In this document: piece by piece, positions 28,735 through 38,611 of the stretch | Numbering within the stretch: position 1 is the first letter of the stretch | Layout of the letters: each line of letters begins with the position of its first letter | Source: an uncultured virus (IMG/VR IMGVR_UViG_3300042881_004430) | Taxonomy: Duplodnaviria > Heunggongvirae > Uroviricota > Caudoviricetes | IMG/VR virus record: IMGVR_UViG_3300042881_004430 | Coordinates: 1-64,000 of that record | Strand: one strand, 5' to 3' | DNA: 64,000 bases | Made by a program: the position numbers and the translations under genes | The notes under the pieces: generated by a model | Database searches by the model: none | What the model saw: the letters and a program-made list of their open reading frames with translations, nothing else | Told to the model about the DNA's origin: nothing

Positions 28735-29449
28735 TTGCTTTTATGAAGTCATTGTATTGTTTTTCCCAGCCAATATGTTCTACCATTTTATTATCAGTAA
28801 AACTAAAAATATCTTCTTGATTTAATAAATATTTAGCAGCAAGTTCATAAGCCATTTCTACATGAGGATGAATCCTTTGGAAATTTTTAAGCACAAAGTT
28901 AGAAATATGGATCATGTCTCTAGAGCGAAGCATTGCTGGATTGAAGCTCCATTCAGTTTTTGCAATAAAGAAGTCGTCTTTAGGCTGACCTTTTAGCCTT
29001 TGAACTATGTCTGGCTGGTCTACTCTTGAATATCTGTGATAGATAAGATTAGAGTTCTCTTCAAGAATACGAACGGAATTATCAAGCAAGCGGTCTAATT
29101 CATTAGAATAAAATACCCAGTCGTTTTCTAGATGAAAAGTAAACTGGTGAGCTTTTGTCATTGGATGGTTGTAGCACTTTGCCATGTCTTTAATTAGACC
29201 CAAAGCGTGACTCTCATGGTCGTTTTTCCAATGCTCTGTAGTATGGATGACTTCAAAACCTAAAGACTTAAAGAACTCTTGTTTTTCAAAAGCTATCTTT
29301 TCATCTCCGGGTATTATTTTTATATGAGCTAACTTGTCTACTTTGGCGGCTAGTTGAGACTTTTTAAACAAGTCTTTTAGGCTTACGATATCTACGTCGT
29401 TAAGTCCATAGTGCTGCCTTGTGCTAGTTAAAAAAACGATATTAAACAT
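28727..29449 (-). CDS. GT-A fold glycosyltransferase (putative)
   Basis: FHLENDWVF, WSFNP, VEHIG. Confidence 0.6.
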   Translation of the reverse strand: MFNIVFLTSTRQHYGLNDVDIVSLKDLFKKSQLAAKVDKLAHIKIIPGDEKIAFEKQEFFKSLGFEVIHTTEHWKNDHESHALGLIKDMAKCYNHPMTKAHQFTFHLENDWVFYSNELDRLLDNSVRILEENSNLIYHRYSRVDQPDIVQRLKGQPKDDFFIAKTEWSFNPAMLRSRDMIHISNFVLKNFQRIHPHVEMAYELAAKYLLNQEDIFSFTDNKMVEHIGWEKQYNDFIKANG

Positions 29450-29450
29450 A

Positions 29451-30128
29451 TTAATTAGTCTTTATGCCGCAAAACCAAAAACATTCATCAAAAATTTCCT
29501 GATAACATTGCTTTATTTTGTTATCTAAACACGCTTGATTTATTTCGTGAGGCTTTGTTTCCCATGAGAACCATTTATTAGCTCTTTTAGCATCCTCAAA
29601 GTCATTTTCATTTTTAAAGAAATCGTGAGACATTATTACGTCTCCCGGCTTTAAGAATTTAGAATAGATATTAAATTCTTTTACCTTGTCTCCATTGTCG
29701 CAAAGCAAAAGAGTCCTGCCTTCATTTTGAATCAGCTTGCCTACATAAGAAACGCACATCTCATTTGTTAGAATATCAAACTCATGAAATTTCCCGCCTA
29801 ACGCTTCAATAAGATTAACAATGCTTTGATCTCTAATAACATTATCGAACGTATAAAATGACTTTGGAGATTTATGATGAGTTCTATTCTTATAAAGAAC
29901 TGGCTCATTTGAATTTTGTGATGTAGCTATATTTTTGCTCAAATAACAGTATAGAGCTAAAAATACAGAAAGTCCTCCATCATGGGTTCCAAGCTCTATG
30001 ATATTAGTAAAATTATTTTCAAGCAGAAGCTGGTTAATTGCTCTTGGCGCATTTGGGTGCTGTTGCATGAAGCATCCAAAAAATGGAAGATGCATATTAC
30101 TTATGCACTTTTGTTCTTGTTCTGTCAT
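29451..30128 (-). CDS. SAM-dependent O-methyltransferase (CmcI-like)
   Basis: IIELGTHDGG; LCDNGDK; LKPGDVIMSHD. Confidence 0.7.
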   Translation of the reverse strand: MTEQEQKCISNMHLPFFGCFMQQHPNAPRAINQLLLENNFTNIIELGTHDGGLSVFLALYCYLSKNIATSQNSNEPVLYKNRTHHKSPKSFYTFDNVIRDQSIVNLIEALGGKFHEFDILTNEMCVSYVGKLIQNEGRTLLLCDNGDKVKEFNIYSKFLKPGDVIMSHDFFKNENDFEDAKRANKWFSWETKPHEINQACLDNKIKQCYQEIFDECFWFCGIKTN

Positions 30129-30886
30129 ATTTTTAAATTATGAGCTTTGATTTCTATTTTTGAAAAATCAGTTTTAGTATTTATTTCTTTTCCTGCGCGA
30201 TTAGACCAGACAGGTTGCCAGAATTCGTTTTGTCTTTCTCTCTGCTCTTTGTCTACGGCCCAATAATGAAAAACATAAGGAGTTTCTCCTTCTCTAAGTT
30301 TTTCTATTAAATTGTTAAACATAAGGGTTTGAACGAGGTTTCCATTTGCGTCGATTAGTTCACAGGTGTCGCTTTTGTCCGTGTCTATTTTTCCATCTTG
30401 CTTCTTAGCAAAATTAACTATTCCGCGATACAGACCATCTTTATGCATATACCATTTATAGCCTATATCCTTATAATGGTAAATATCACCACACAAGTTA
30501 ATGCTTGGAATTAAAAATGCAGAAGCTTGATTTTGTGAAAGTAGATATTCGGCGGCTCTCCTCCAAAGATCTCTTTGATAGAGAGGAAACCTTTCATCAA
30601 TATCGCAAGAAATTTTTATATCTCCAATAGTATGCTGAAGAGCGAAGTTCTTTATTTTGCCATCAAACGCCAAATCATTGTAATCAAAATTACATTGACA
30701 AAGAGTAATATTTGAAATGCCTCTGTCGATTATAAATTGATTGACGATCTCATAAGTATTGTCTTCTGATTTATTGATAGCTAGGACTACCTCGTCCATA
30801 AACTGAGAATAGTTTAGGAGAGAGTTCTGCCAGTCGAATCCCATTTTTATGAGATTAAATGCGGAAGTATATGAAGAAAATTTCAT
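30125..30886 (-). CDS. GT2-like glycosyltransferase
   Basis: DEVVLAINKSEDNT; KNFAL; CDIDE; VFHY. Confidence 0.7.
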   Translation of the reverse strand: MKFSSYTSAFNLIKMGFDWQNSLLNYSQFMDEVVLAINKSEDNTYEIVNQFIIDRGISNITLCQCNFDYNDLAFDGKIKNFALQHTIGDIKISCDIDERFPLYQRDLWRRAAEYLLSQNQASAFLIPSINLCGDIYHYKDIGYKWYMHKDGLYRGIVNFAKKQDGKIDTDKSDTCELIDANGNLVQTLMFNNLIEKLREGETPYVFHYWAVDKEQRERQNEFWQPVWSNRAGKEINTKTDFSKIEIKAHNLKI

Positions 30887-31521
30887 TGAAATACAATAGG
30901 AACGTTACCTAGCTTATTATTAATTCTTTTACAAAGTAACTGTTTTGGGTCGTGATCGTGATAAAAACGCAGTGGCAAAAAGTGATTAGAGAATTCTTGC
31001 TGATATACTTTTTCTACATCTCTTCCCCAATCATCTAAGAGCATATAATCTATTTCAAGATCAAGCGTTAATTGAATATCATTTCTAACACAATCCTCCC
31101 AATGGTCTCCATCTATAAAAATAAAATCAAACTTTTGATCTTTGATCTTGTCTTTTACTTTTCTACTGTCTTCATTTATAAAATTAAATCTTTCACCAAA
31201 TGAATTTTTTAAATGGTCAACGGCTTTAAATGTCCAAGACTTGTCTGGATATGGTGTGCCATGCATTTGGCAATGAATTAAATCACTCCTGTGGTAAACT
31301 GGATCTACAGATGTTACGTTTGCATTTGTATGCAGCAACCAATTTAAGCTAGACCCTCCTTCAAAAAATCCAATTTCTAAAATGTTTTTAGGATCGCAAA
31401 GCTGAATAATATCTTTTAAAACTACTGCCCATTCAGAGTAGCTCTGCATTGAACGGATGCTCTTTCCTTCAACGCTGTGGTTAAGATATTCTTGAGGAAG
31501 GGTTGCTGTTTTTTTATTCAT
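30883..31521 (-). CDS. SAM-dependent methyltransferase (Methyltransf_24-like)
   Basis: ILEIGFFEGGS; FDFIFIDGDH..VRND; LLDD. Confidence 0.8.
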   Translation of the reverse strand: MNKKTATLPQEYLNHSVEGKSIRSMQSYSEWAVVLKDIIQLCDPKNILEIGFFEGGSSLNWLLHTNANVTSVDPVYHRSDLIHCQMHGTPYPDKSWTFKAVDHLKNSFGERFNFINEDSRKVKDKIKDQKFDFIFIDGDHWEDCVRNDIQLTLDLEIDYMLLDDWGRDVEKVYQQEFSNHFLPLRFYHDHDPKQLLCKRINNKLGNVPIVFQ

Positions 31522-32360
31522 ACGAAAACTAATCTATTTTCTTTAATACTTTTTAAAGACTCATTTAGAATTTTCTTTCTATAGAAATCTTTAAGAATGT
31601 CTTCTGAGTTAATGAAGTTCTTAAATTTGGCATCGCCTATTCCAGAGTTTCTTGCATAGTTTAAGAAAGAGTCTGCTGTAAATTCCAAACCGATAGAATG
31701 ACAATACATTCTAAACTCTACTCTTCTGGCTTCAGCTTTCTGAAAACCTTCTCTGTCATTTTCTCGACCTAATAGAAGATGATTGCTTCTTCCATAGATG
31801 TAGTAATATTTAAAGAAATGATCAATATAGTAAGACTCGTCTCGTTCTGGATCATCTTCTCCATCTCTTAGTCTCCAAGTATGCTCTTTCTTATTTTCAT
31901 CAAAGAATTGACTTAAGTCTACTGCTTGATTTCTGGCTCCAACTAATCCCCAATGAGGAGAGCCATGAAAGAACATATCGTCATAGTATTCAAAAGCGAA
32001 TCCTTTGCCGTAATTATATATTGATCTAATTCCTGAGTTCTTAGCTTTGGAAATGAGATTCTTGATATCGGCAATCCATTCAGTATTGAATCTCTCTCTA
32101 GAATCTCTAAGAACGAACCAGTCGCCAATTTTCATTGGTCCTTGGCGCAAAAATTCATTCATCTGAAAGTCGTGGTCATTAGTCCACTTGCGATAAATGA
32201 CTTGGCCGCAACCTTTTCTCTCTTCTAGAAGTTCTTTTGTGCCGTCTGTAGATCCACCATCAACATAAATTAAACCATCAAAAGCTTGATAGCAATTTTT
32301 AGTTAGGTCGTCTATGTTTTTAAGTTGATTTTGCGTTATACCGCAAAGATAGACCTTCAT
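31518..32360 (-). CDS. GT2-like glycosyltransferase
   Basis: VDGGSTDGT; WTNDH..MN; LRDSRE. Confidence 0.75.
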   Translation of the reverse strand: MKVYLCGITQNQLKNIDDLTKNCYQAFDGLIYVDGGSTDGTKELLEERKGCGQVIYRKWTNDHDFQMNEFLRQGPMKIGDWFVLRDSRERFNTEWIADIKNLISKAKNSGIRSIYNYGKGFAFEYYDDMFFHGSPHWGLVGARNQAVDLSQFFDENKKEHTWRLRDGEDDPERDESYYIDHFFKYYYIYGRSNHLLLGRENDREGFQKAEARRVEFRMYCHSIGLEFTADSFLNYARNSGIGDAKFKNFINSEDILKDFYRKKILNESLKSIKENRLVFV

Positions 32361-33160
32361 CCATTCATTATATCAGAAGAGAATGGTTTTTTCCAAAATA
32401 AAAAAGAGTTTTCCCTATGCTTATGAGGAATAGTTCCATCAACCCATGTGTTAGATAGAATCATGTTCCATTCTTTATCAGTTAAATGAATATTTGGAAA
32501 GTCTACTCTCGTCTTAATTGGTTTAGTAATGAATACTTCTTTAGTATCTGTATATTGTATCAATTCGCCGCCACAAGGGTATTCACGAATAGATACTTTA
32601 CCATTATCTGCAAATAAAAGATTCTTTGAAACGAGAAACCTCTTATTGTTAGCTTTCAAGAATTTCTGAAGGCTTTCTTCAGTCCACATCTCATTTGCGT
32701 ATGGACCGGGGCCACCAATTGTATTTGGGATACTGTTATAAAACTTTTTGTTTATTAGGTGCGCTCTTTCAGAATAGTTGCCGTTTCCTTGATTTCCAGA
32801 TAAATCAATATGGCTTACTGATTCGTCTGACTTTAAAATGTTAATGTAACTAGCTATTTCCTGCTCTGAGAACTCACGGATCATGAACTGATCGCACTGA
32901 ACGTAAATAACGTATTCGTTACTTAAATTGAAATCATTGAATAGTTCTCTTGTGCCAAGTCCACATCCTGAATTTTTTGATCTTAAAGTTAGCTTGTCAA
33001 TCAAGCCATCTTTGAAAAACTGAAAAATGGCATCGTGATCTTGTCCGCCATTATTTAGTAAAACTACTTCGTGAGAGAAGGTAGTAAATTTTTTAATTGA
33101 TTTTAAACAAAGTTCTGTTTCTTTAGGTCTATTGTAATTTAAAACTAAAAATGAAATCAT
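32357..33160 (-). CDS. GT2-like glycosyltransferase
   Basis: LVLNYNRP..CLKSI..VLLNNG..NSGCG..QCD. Confidence 0.75.
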   Translation of the reverse strand: MISFLVLNYNRPKETELCLKSIKKFTTFSHEVVLLNNGGQDHDAIFQFFKDGLIDKLTLRSKNSGCGLGTRELFNDFNLSNEYVIYVQCDQFMIREFSEQEIASYINILKSDESVSHIDLSGNQGNGNYSERAHLINKKFYNSIPNTIGGPGPYANEMWTEESLQKFLKANNKRFLVSKNLLFADNGKVSIREYPCGGELIQYTDTKEVFITKPIKTRVDFPNIHLTDKEWNMILSNTWVDGTIPHKHRENSFLFWKKPFSSDIMNG

Positions 33161-33441
33161 GTTTTGCTTCTCTCAATGATATTATCAAGTTTAGCTTCTA
33201 TTTTATCAAATCTAGCGTTAATATGTTCTGAGAATTTATTGAGATCTTCTTTGTTAACGTATTCTTTTGGAAGAGATATTTCAATGGCGTGAAGTTTGTT
33301 TGAAAGATCTTCCGTCTTTTGCTCTTGCTTGTCAATTAAATGAAAAGTCCTTTTGAAGATCCATCCAGCTAAAAAACCGGCGATCATGAAAGCAATATTA
33401 AATAAGGTTTGCCAATCTATGGATGCTGCTGGTGTATTCAT
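33157..33441 (-). CDS. small membrane protein (N-terminal TM plus coiled coil)
   Basis: LFNIAFMIAGFLAGWIF; LPKEYVNKED..RFDKIEAKLD. Confidence 0.6.
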   Translation of the reverse strand: MNTPAASIDWQTLFNIAFMIAGFLAGWIFKRTFHLIDKQEQKTEDLSNKLHAIEISLPKEYVNKEDLNKFSEHINARFDKIEAKLDNIIERSKT

Positions 33442-33525
33442 ATTTTACTTATTTAAAGCCATCATGATGTGCATATAGTATTCTACACTCTGTAAAATAC
33501 TATAGCACAAAAAAGTCTAAAAATT

Positions 33526-35493
33526 TTATAGACTTACTGGCTCACATTTTCCGCCAGCGCAAGCAGCTTCCTGAGTATGACTAGTTTCATCCTCATCTTC
33601 AATAAGCTTAGTAAAGTCAACCTTTGACCACTCTTCTTGAAGTTTATTAAATTTAACTTCATCTTCAGGCGTTACAATTGCTTCCATTGGAGCCTGTTGA
33701 TAGATCTTATCTCCAGAATAAGGAAGCAAAGAAACGGCAGTAAAGTACTCTTGATTGTTATAAAGGTACTCTGTAACGGTCTTCCATTCGTCGTCTTTAA
33801 CAATAACGGTGCAGCTAACTGAATGATTTAGAGGCTTCTTATTTGAAGCAGTTGTGCCACAATTAACCCAGTTAGTTTGTGTCAACTTAATAAGTTCCAA
33901 ATGCTCAATTGCGTTTAGTTCAGATTTAATCTTGACATTCTCACTTACTTCAATAGGGAATGTAATAACATCATCAACCTTATTTGCGCTCCAAACGCTC
34001 TCTTCGCAAGCGTGTTCATTAAACATCTTGAAGAACTTATAGACATTATCTTCCTTATTGACCTGAATGCGGCGGAAGTACTTACGAGCGTGGTGAGGAT
34101 GAATTCCAGAAGCAGCAGACAATACAATGGAATTAGTTCCCTCTGGCTTGATGCAAGTAACTCTAGAGGCTTGATTGATTCCAATCTTCTTAGCCCATTC
34201 AATATTAGTATTTACTGAAACCTTGGCAGCTTCTCTTTGATACTCTGGGTTAAAAAGGATGTCTGGATTATCCATCATTCCAGTAATAGAAACTCCAAGC
34301 AGAGCTTCTTCTTCGGTCAACTCTTCGGAAGTATGACCGAGATAAGGGAAGGTCGTATATGCAGCTTGCAACGTTCCAATCAATGACGCAGCCCAAGAAG
34401 CATTTTTAAAATCTTCTAGAGACTTAACTTTCGCTCCATTGATAGAAGTGAGATTGCAGAACTGGAATCCGCAACGTCCATCTTTAGTAATTGGAATAAA
34501 AGAAATCTCAAAACAAGGATTCAAAAGCTGATTCTCATCAACAACATATAAGAATCCCGGCTCACCAAATTCCTTAGTCTTATTAATTAGAGTTTCAAAC
34601 TCGTCATAAGAAGTCTTGCCGCGAATAATAATTGCAGAGTTATTTGATCTAGCTCTCTGAGGGTTATCAAGGAACCAATTGCCAGTCTTGGCGTTCATCA
34701 TGTCCTTATCTTGAGCGTCAAAGATAACGCTGCAAGCAGAACGGCGAATACCTCCAGACAATACGGCATCAGCACAATGCATCAAAATATCATAAGCATT
34801 GACAGTCTTAAGGCGGGTTTGATTGCTATCTTCAATAATAGTATCAAGTAGCAATTTAACCTTGAAATGGCAGTTCTTGAGACCTTTATAGCCGGGAGCT
34901 TTTCCTCCACCAGTCTTAAGCTTCGCTCCCTTTGGGCGAATTTTGCTGTAATCAAATACGATCTTACGGCCAGAATAAGCGGTATTCTTAAAATAGCAGT
35001 TTAGCAAAGCTTCAATTGAGTCGCCCCACCCTTCAATGCTATCATTAACTGTATAAGTAATTACCGTCCCAGTCTTATCTTTAGCGTTAACGAGATCAGG
35101 TAGGCGATTGAGGAACTTATCAGTGATACCAAATCCAACGCCAGTACCACAAAGCAAAGTATAAAAAGATTCAGCAAAAGAACGAATAGAATCAATATGA
35201 CGTACAGCGCAATTAAAGATTCTTCCATTATGCGCTTCAACCGCTTTACCGCCGAATTGCATACTACGCATTGAAGGAGTAACCTTCCTTTCTCTAACCA
35301 AGTCGAAAGCTCTTGAAATTTCATACTTGTCTTCTTTTGGTAGGTGCTTGAATCTCTTCAAGTGCATGGTCTCGACTCTTGTAACAGTCTCGTCCCATGT
35401 CTCTCTGCGCTTCTTCTTTTCGTCATATTTTGCGTATTTTGTTACGAACGTAAAGTTCGCCATTTCGTCTAGGAAGTTAATAGCTTTGCTCAT
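33526..35493 (-). CDS. nrdJ: class II (B12-dependent) ribonucleotide reductase, monomeric RTPR type
   Basis: PSMR, FNC, GTGVG, GGIRRSA, NPCFEI, CIKPEGT, C-terminal CAGGKC; start taken at ATG 35493. Confidence 0.92.
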   Translation of the reverse strand: MSKAINFLDEMANFTFVTKYAKYDEKKKRRETWDETVTRVETMHLKRFKHLPKEDKYEISRAFDLVRERKVTPSMRSMQFGGKAVEAHNGRIFNCAVRHIDSIRSFAESFYTLLCGTGVGFGITDKFLNRLPDLVNAKDKTGTVITYTVNDSIEGWGDSIEALLNCYFKNTAYSGRKIVFDYSKIRPKGAKLKTGGGKAPGYKGLKNCHFKVKLLLDTIIEDSNQTRLKTVNAYDILMHCADAVLSGGIRRSACSVIFDAQDKDMMNAKTGNWFLDNPQRARSNNSAIIIRGKTSYDEFETLINKTKEFGEPGFLYVVDENQLLNPCFEISFIPITKDGRCGFQFCNLTSINGAKVKSLEDFKNASWAASLIGTLQAAYTTFPYLGHTSEELTEEEALLGVSITGMMDNPDILFNPEYQREAAKVSVNTNIEWAKKIGINQASRVTCIKPEGTNSIVLSAASGIHPHHARKYFRRIQVNKEDNVYKFFKMFNEHACEESVWSANKVDDVITFPIEVSENVKIKSELNAIEHLELIKLTQTNWVNCGTTASNKKPLNHSVSCTVIVKDDEWKTVTEYLYNNQEYFTAVSLLPYSGDKIYQQAPMEAIVTPEDEVKFNKLQEEWSKVDFTKLIEDEDETSHTQEAACAGGKCEPVSL

Positions 35494-35542
35494 ATAGGGA
35501 TAATAATTACACCGAAGAAAAACCGATTTGGGAAACGAAAAA

Positions 35543-35887
35543 TTAGATACCAGCCTTGTTCGTGTGCTTTGCGCCACGACGGACCTTAGAATACTCTTTT
35601 AGAGATTTTTCCTTAATGGGGTCTATTCCTTTTTCTCTTTCTCGTTTTTCAGAAAGTTCTTTAGAGGAATCCCACATCTCACCAACGTTATAATTCTTTC
35701 TCGCAGTTTTTTCAATAAAATCTCGCTCAGAGTTCGCATCTATCTGTGTATCTACACTTACATTAGGAGAGATGAAAATTCTTTGCCATTTTACTCCTCC
35801 TTCAGAATACACTTTCTCTGCGTCAACAGAAAGAAAAACTTCTTTGTATTCTTTAGTTTTAGGATTTTGAAAAATATAAACTGGCAT
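35543..35887 (-). CDS. FmdB-like small protein (MPVYxF type)
   Basis: MPVYIFQNPKT..WQRIF; lacks Cys ligands. Confidence 0.5.
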   Translation of the reverse strand: MPVYIFQNPKTKEYKEVFLSVDAEKVYSEGGVKWQRIFISPNVSVDTQIDANSERDFIEKTARKNYNVGEMWDSSKELSEKREREKGIDPIKEKSLKEYSKVRRGAKHTNKAGI

Positions 35888-35888
35888 A

Positions 35889-36968
35889 TTAAAAAAGAGA
35901 AAGGATCTGTTCAGTTGTCTTTCTGACGGTGAACTGCTCTTGAAGCTTCAAACCTTCTTGATTTATTCTGCTTTGCTTTACTCTTGCGATTGCCTTTTCG
36001 CAGCCTTCAATAAAAGCATCTTCTGACCAGTCAAAAATATTTCCCTGATTAAATTCTTGTCCTTGGTGAAAGAACATATTGTCATAAGCAGGAATTTTGC
36101 TTGAGGGGTTTACTAAAACTGAATTCTTATCATTAGCCCAAGCCGAATAAGCATGAGCATTAATAATTACAGAATGCTTTCCAATTGCAACTGATTGGAA
36201 TTCTGGTAAAGCCCAACCTTCACCTCCTGAAGCTCCAAGAATAACGTCTGCTGAATTTAGAAATTCATTATAAAGATTAACTTGAGCCATATGCCCAAAG
36301 AAGCTGACATTGAAGAATTTCTTGCCTTCAACTGCCATGTTAATCAATTTAGTGTTATCTTCTTGAGATAGAAAATTATTATAAAGAGCGCACTGTAAAG
36401 AGTAGCTGCTATTATTAGCGTACTTATTGATCCATGCACGGATTGCCTTTACATGATGCTTGCGCTTTTCAAACTTGCCACAAAGATTAAAAGTGATTCT
36501 GCCGTCATTAAAGTAAGTCTTGTTTGTAGCTTTGAAATTCTTTGCGTCAAAGAACAGGGGTAAATAACTTACATTACCTACCCCATGTTCACTGAATACC
36601 TTCACTGAATAAGGGGAAGAAACTAATACCTTGTCATTATTCTTTAAGATATTAATCTCAGTCTGAGTGAGGGCATCAAGTTCATGGAAAGTAAGTAAAA
36701 ACTGCCGATCACTATAAGACTCAAGTGAGCCGTTAATGTGCCACAGTTTAAAAACTGGATCTTTTCTTGAATGGTATCGGAGACCCTTCTTCAAACAAGA
36801 ATTAAACCAATTCTTAAAATCTTCCGTAATCTCTTCCTGACCGAAATCAGGATTGCCAATCATAAATAGAGATGGCTCCAACTTCAAAGAGTAAATCTCT
36901 TTGAGAAGCTGAATTGAGACCTGACCAAAACTGGTCGTGTTTACCGGAAGATGTAGGGCAAATTTCAT
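35889..36968 (-). CDS. GT4-like glycosyltransferase
   Basis: GKFEKRK; SGGEGWALPEFQ. Confidence 0.8.
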   Translation of the reverse strand: MKFALHLPVNTTSFGQVSIQLLKEIYSLKLEPSLFMIGNPDFGQEEITEDFKNWFNSCLKKGLRYHSRKDPVFKLWHINGSLESYSDRQFLLTFHELDALTQTEINILKNNDKVLVSSPYSVKVFSEHGVGNVSYLPLFFDAKNFKATNKTYFNDGRITFNLCGKFEKRKHHVKAIRAWINKYANNSSYSLQCALYNNFLSQEDNTKLINMAVEGKKFFNVSFFGHMAQVNLYNEFLNSADVILGASGGEGWALPEFQSVAIGKHSVIINAHAYSAWANDKNSVLVNPSSKIPAYDNMFFHQGQEFNQGNIFDWSEDAFIEGCEKAIARVKQSRINQEGLKLQEQFTVRKTTEQILSLF

Positions 36969-36969
36969 G

Positions 36970-37320
36970 TTAGATCAAATCGTCGTCTGAATTGACTTGA
37001 CTGACAGCGGCCTTCGCTGGCTTTGCGGTAGGCTTGGATGCTAGGCGGGTCGTGTTGTTGTTTGATGGAACTTGAGTTCCAGTTAAAGTCTCGTACTGAG
37101 CCTTTTCCATGAAGATCTGAAAATCGGGAGACCCGTCGTTCTTCTTCTTGTTGTTTGGGAACACAATGATCTTAACTTCATCAAAGTTATCCTTGATGTC
37201 CTTAAGTCGGAACTTACCAGTTAGATACTCAGAACCACTAGAGCCTTTGCGGCTCCAAAGTGCGCCAAGTTCGCGTCGAATTGAATTACTGTCAGTATTG
37301 TTAGTATTAGGAGTAGGCAT
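36970..37320 (-). CDS. DUF736-like protein
   Basis: LGALWSRK..EYLTG..VFPN..K..SPDFQI. Confidence 0.55.
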   Translation of the reverse strand: MPTPNTNNTDSNSIRRELGALWSRKGSSGSEYLTGKFRLKDIKDNFDEVKIIVFPNNKKKNDGSPDFQIFMEKAQYETLTGTQVPSNNNTTRLASKPTAKPAKAAVSQVNSDDDLI

Positions 37321-37370
37321 AAGATATGCAAGTAAATACTACCTGTCCTGACAAAAAAAGTAAAGAGTTT

Positions 37371-37958
37371 TTACACGAAATCTTGCATTTCTTTGCTCTC
37401 TATTTTAGTCTTCAAGAACTCTAGTGCTTTTTTGTGTAAAGTGATTGCTGTTTGGTAAGTTACGCCTAGTTCTTTTGAAATATTCTTCCACTTACGAGAA
37501 GGCTTATCTCCATAGTATCTCAACATGATAATCTTCTCTAGTCGCTTGTCTTTCATTTGAGAAAGGAGATTAAAAATATATTCCTTTTTCTCTTCAAAAT
37601 CATTAGTTTCTTGACTAAGATTTGCTACAAGATTCTTTTGGTTTTCATCGTCTATGGAAAGCGTCCACTTATGTTTAGTAATGTTTGTTAAGCATTTGTA
37701 TTTAACGTGATTAGCAAGCCAAGTTGAGAATTTACTATTTTGAGTTTCGTCAAAATTAAGAGTACACTTGTAAATAATGTAATCTTTTTCATTAGCAAGA
37801 TCTTCTGGGCTTACGCCTCTTTCTTGAAGAATCTTATTATACTTTTTAAATATATCAAAACAGAGAGGAGAGTGCCTATCTATCAGAGTCTTTAATGATT
37901 GGTTGCATTGATGAAGTTTTACCTTCGTTACAAGTTCGTTGTCAGTTGATTCTATCAT
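37371..37958 (-). CDS. phage RNA polymerase sigma factor (sigma70 family, regions 2 and 4)
   Basis: DNELV..LIDRH; FDETQNSKFSTWLAN; IIMLRYY..WKNISKELGVT..LHKKAL. Confidence 0.85.
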   Translation of the reverse strand: MIESTDNELVTKVKLHQCNQSLKTLIDRHSPLCFDIFKKYNKILQERGVSPEDLANEKDYIIYKCTLNFDETQNSKFSTWLANHVKYKCLTNITKHKWTLSIDDENQKNLVANLSQETNDFEEKKEYIFNLLSQMKDKRLEKIIMLRYYGDKPSRKWKNISKELGVTYQTAITLHKKALEFLKTKIESKEMQDFV

Positions 37959-38574
37959 GTGTGTAAAGCTTACCTTGTTTTATCAAGTTGTCAATACTTT
38001 TTTTGACGGAAATTTTCAAAGTTTGTTCGTCAGATCCATGCATCCAACGAAGCAAATAATCGCAATGTTCTCTAAGAGCGGGATCGTTTCTGCTTTCATC
38101 AGTGTTTGCAGGATTGCAAATTGAACCGTCTGAAAAATATTTTTCAACATAAATTAAAACTCCTTTATTTTCTTCCTTTATCCAGACAACTTCGTCTTTT
38201 GAATATTCGAAGTGTCTAATATCTGTTACACAAAAAATATCTGAAGGTTTAAAATTTTCAGATTTCTTGTACTCATCAATTTCAGACTGAAGCTTTTCTA
38301 TCCAATACCTACCTTTAGTATTTTGACGCATTACTCTAGCGTGACTTACTAATAAATGTCTTACCTTGTTCTTATCCTCAGTTGAACAATTAAAAATGTC
38401 AACTCCGTATTTATATAAGATCAAAGAATATAAATCATTCTTTAACGAATCAGCAAGAGCAAATCTTATTACATTCACTCCAAACTCTTCTGAGCAAATC
38501 TGCTTTAGTAATCTATAGTAAGTATCCTTACCTACAGTTGCAGCACCAGCAATTCCTAGGAATAAGTTAGACAT
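37942..38574 (-). CDS. deoxynucleoside monophosphate kinase-like P-loop protein
   Basis: GIAGAATVGKDT; ALADSLK; VTDIR..E. Confidence 0.75.
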   Translation of the reverse strand: MSNLFLGIAGAATVGKDTYYRLLKQICSEEFGVNVIRFALADSLKNDLYSLILYKYGVDIFNCSTEDKNKVRHLLVSHARVMRQNTKGRYWIEKLQSEIDEYKKSENFKPSDIFCVTDIRHFEYSKDEVVWIKEENKGVLIYVEKYFSDGSICNPANTDESRNDPALREHCDYLLRWMHGSDEQTLKISVKKSIDNLIKQGKLYTHDRIN

Positions 38575-38582
38575 AGTAAAAC

Positions 38583-38611
38583 ATAGTATTCAGAAGAGAT
38601 GTGTTTGTAAA
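38583..38611 (-). promoter_or_regulatory. sigma70-like promoter TTTACA-N17-TACTAT for the kinase/sigma operon
   Basis: 17-nt spacer; ATG 8 nt after the -10 box. Confidence 0.6.

Noticed and set aside
33526..35493. Intein or intron in nrdJ, dnaB or recA
   Set aside because: Lengths and motifs are continuous and no Hint blocks were found
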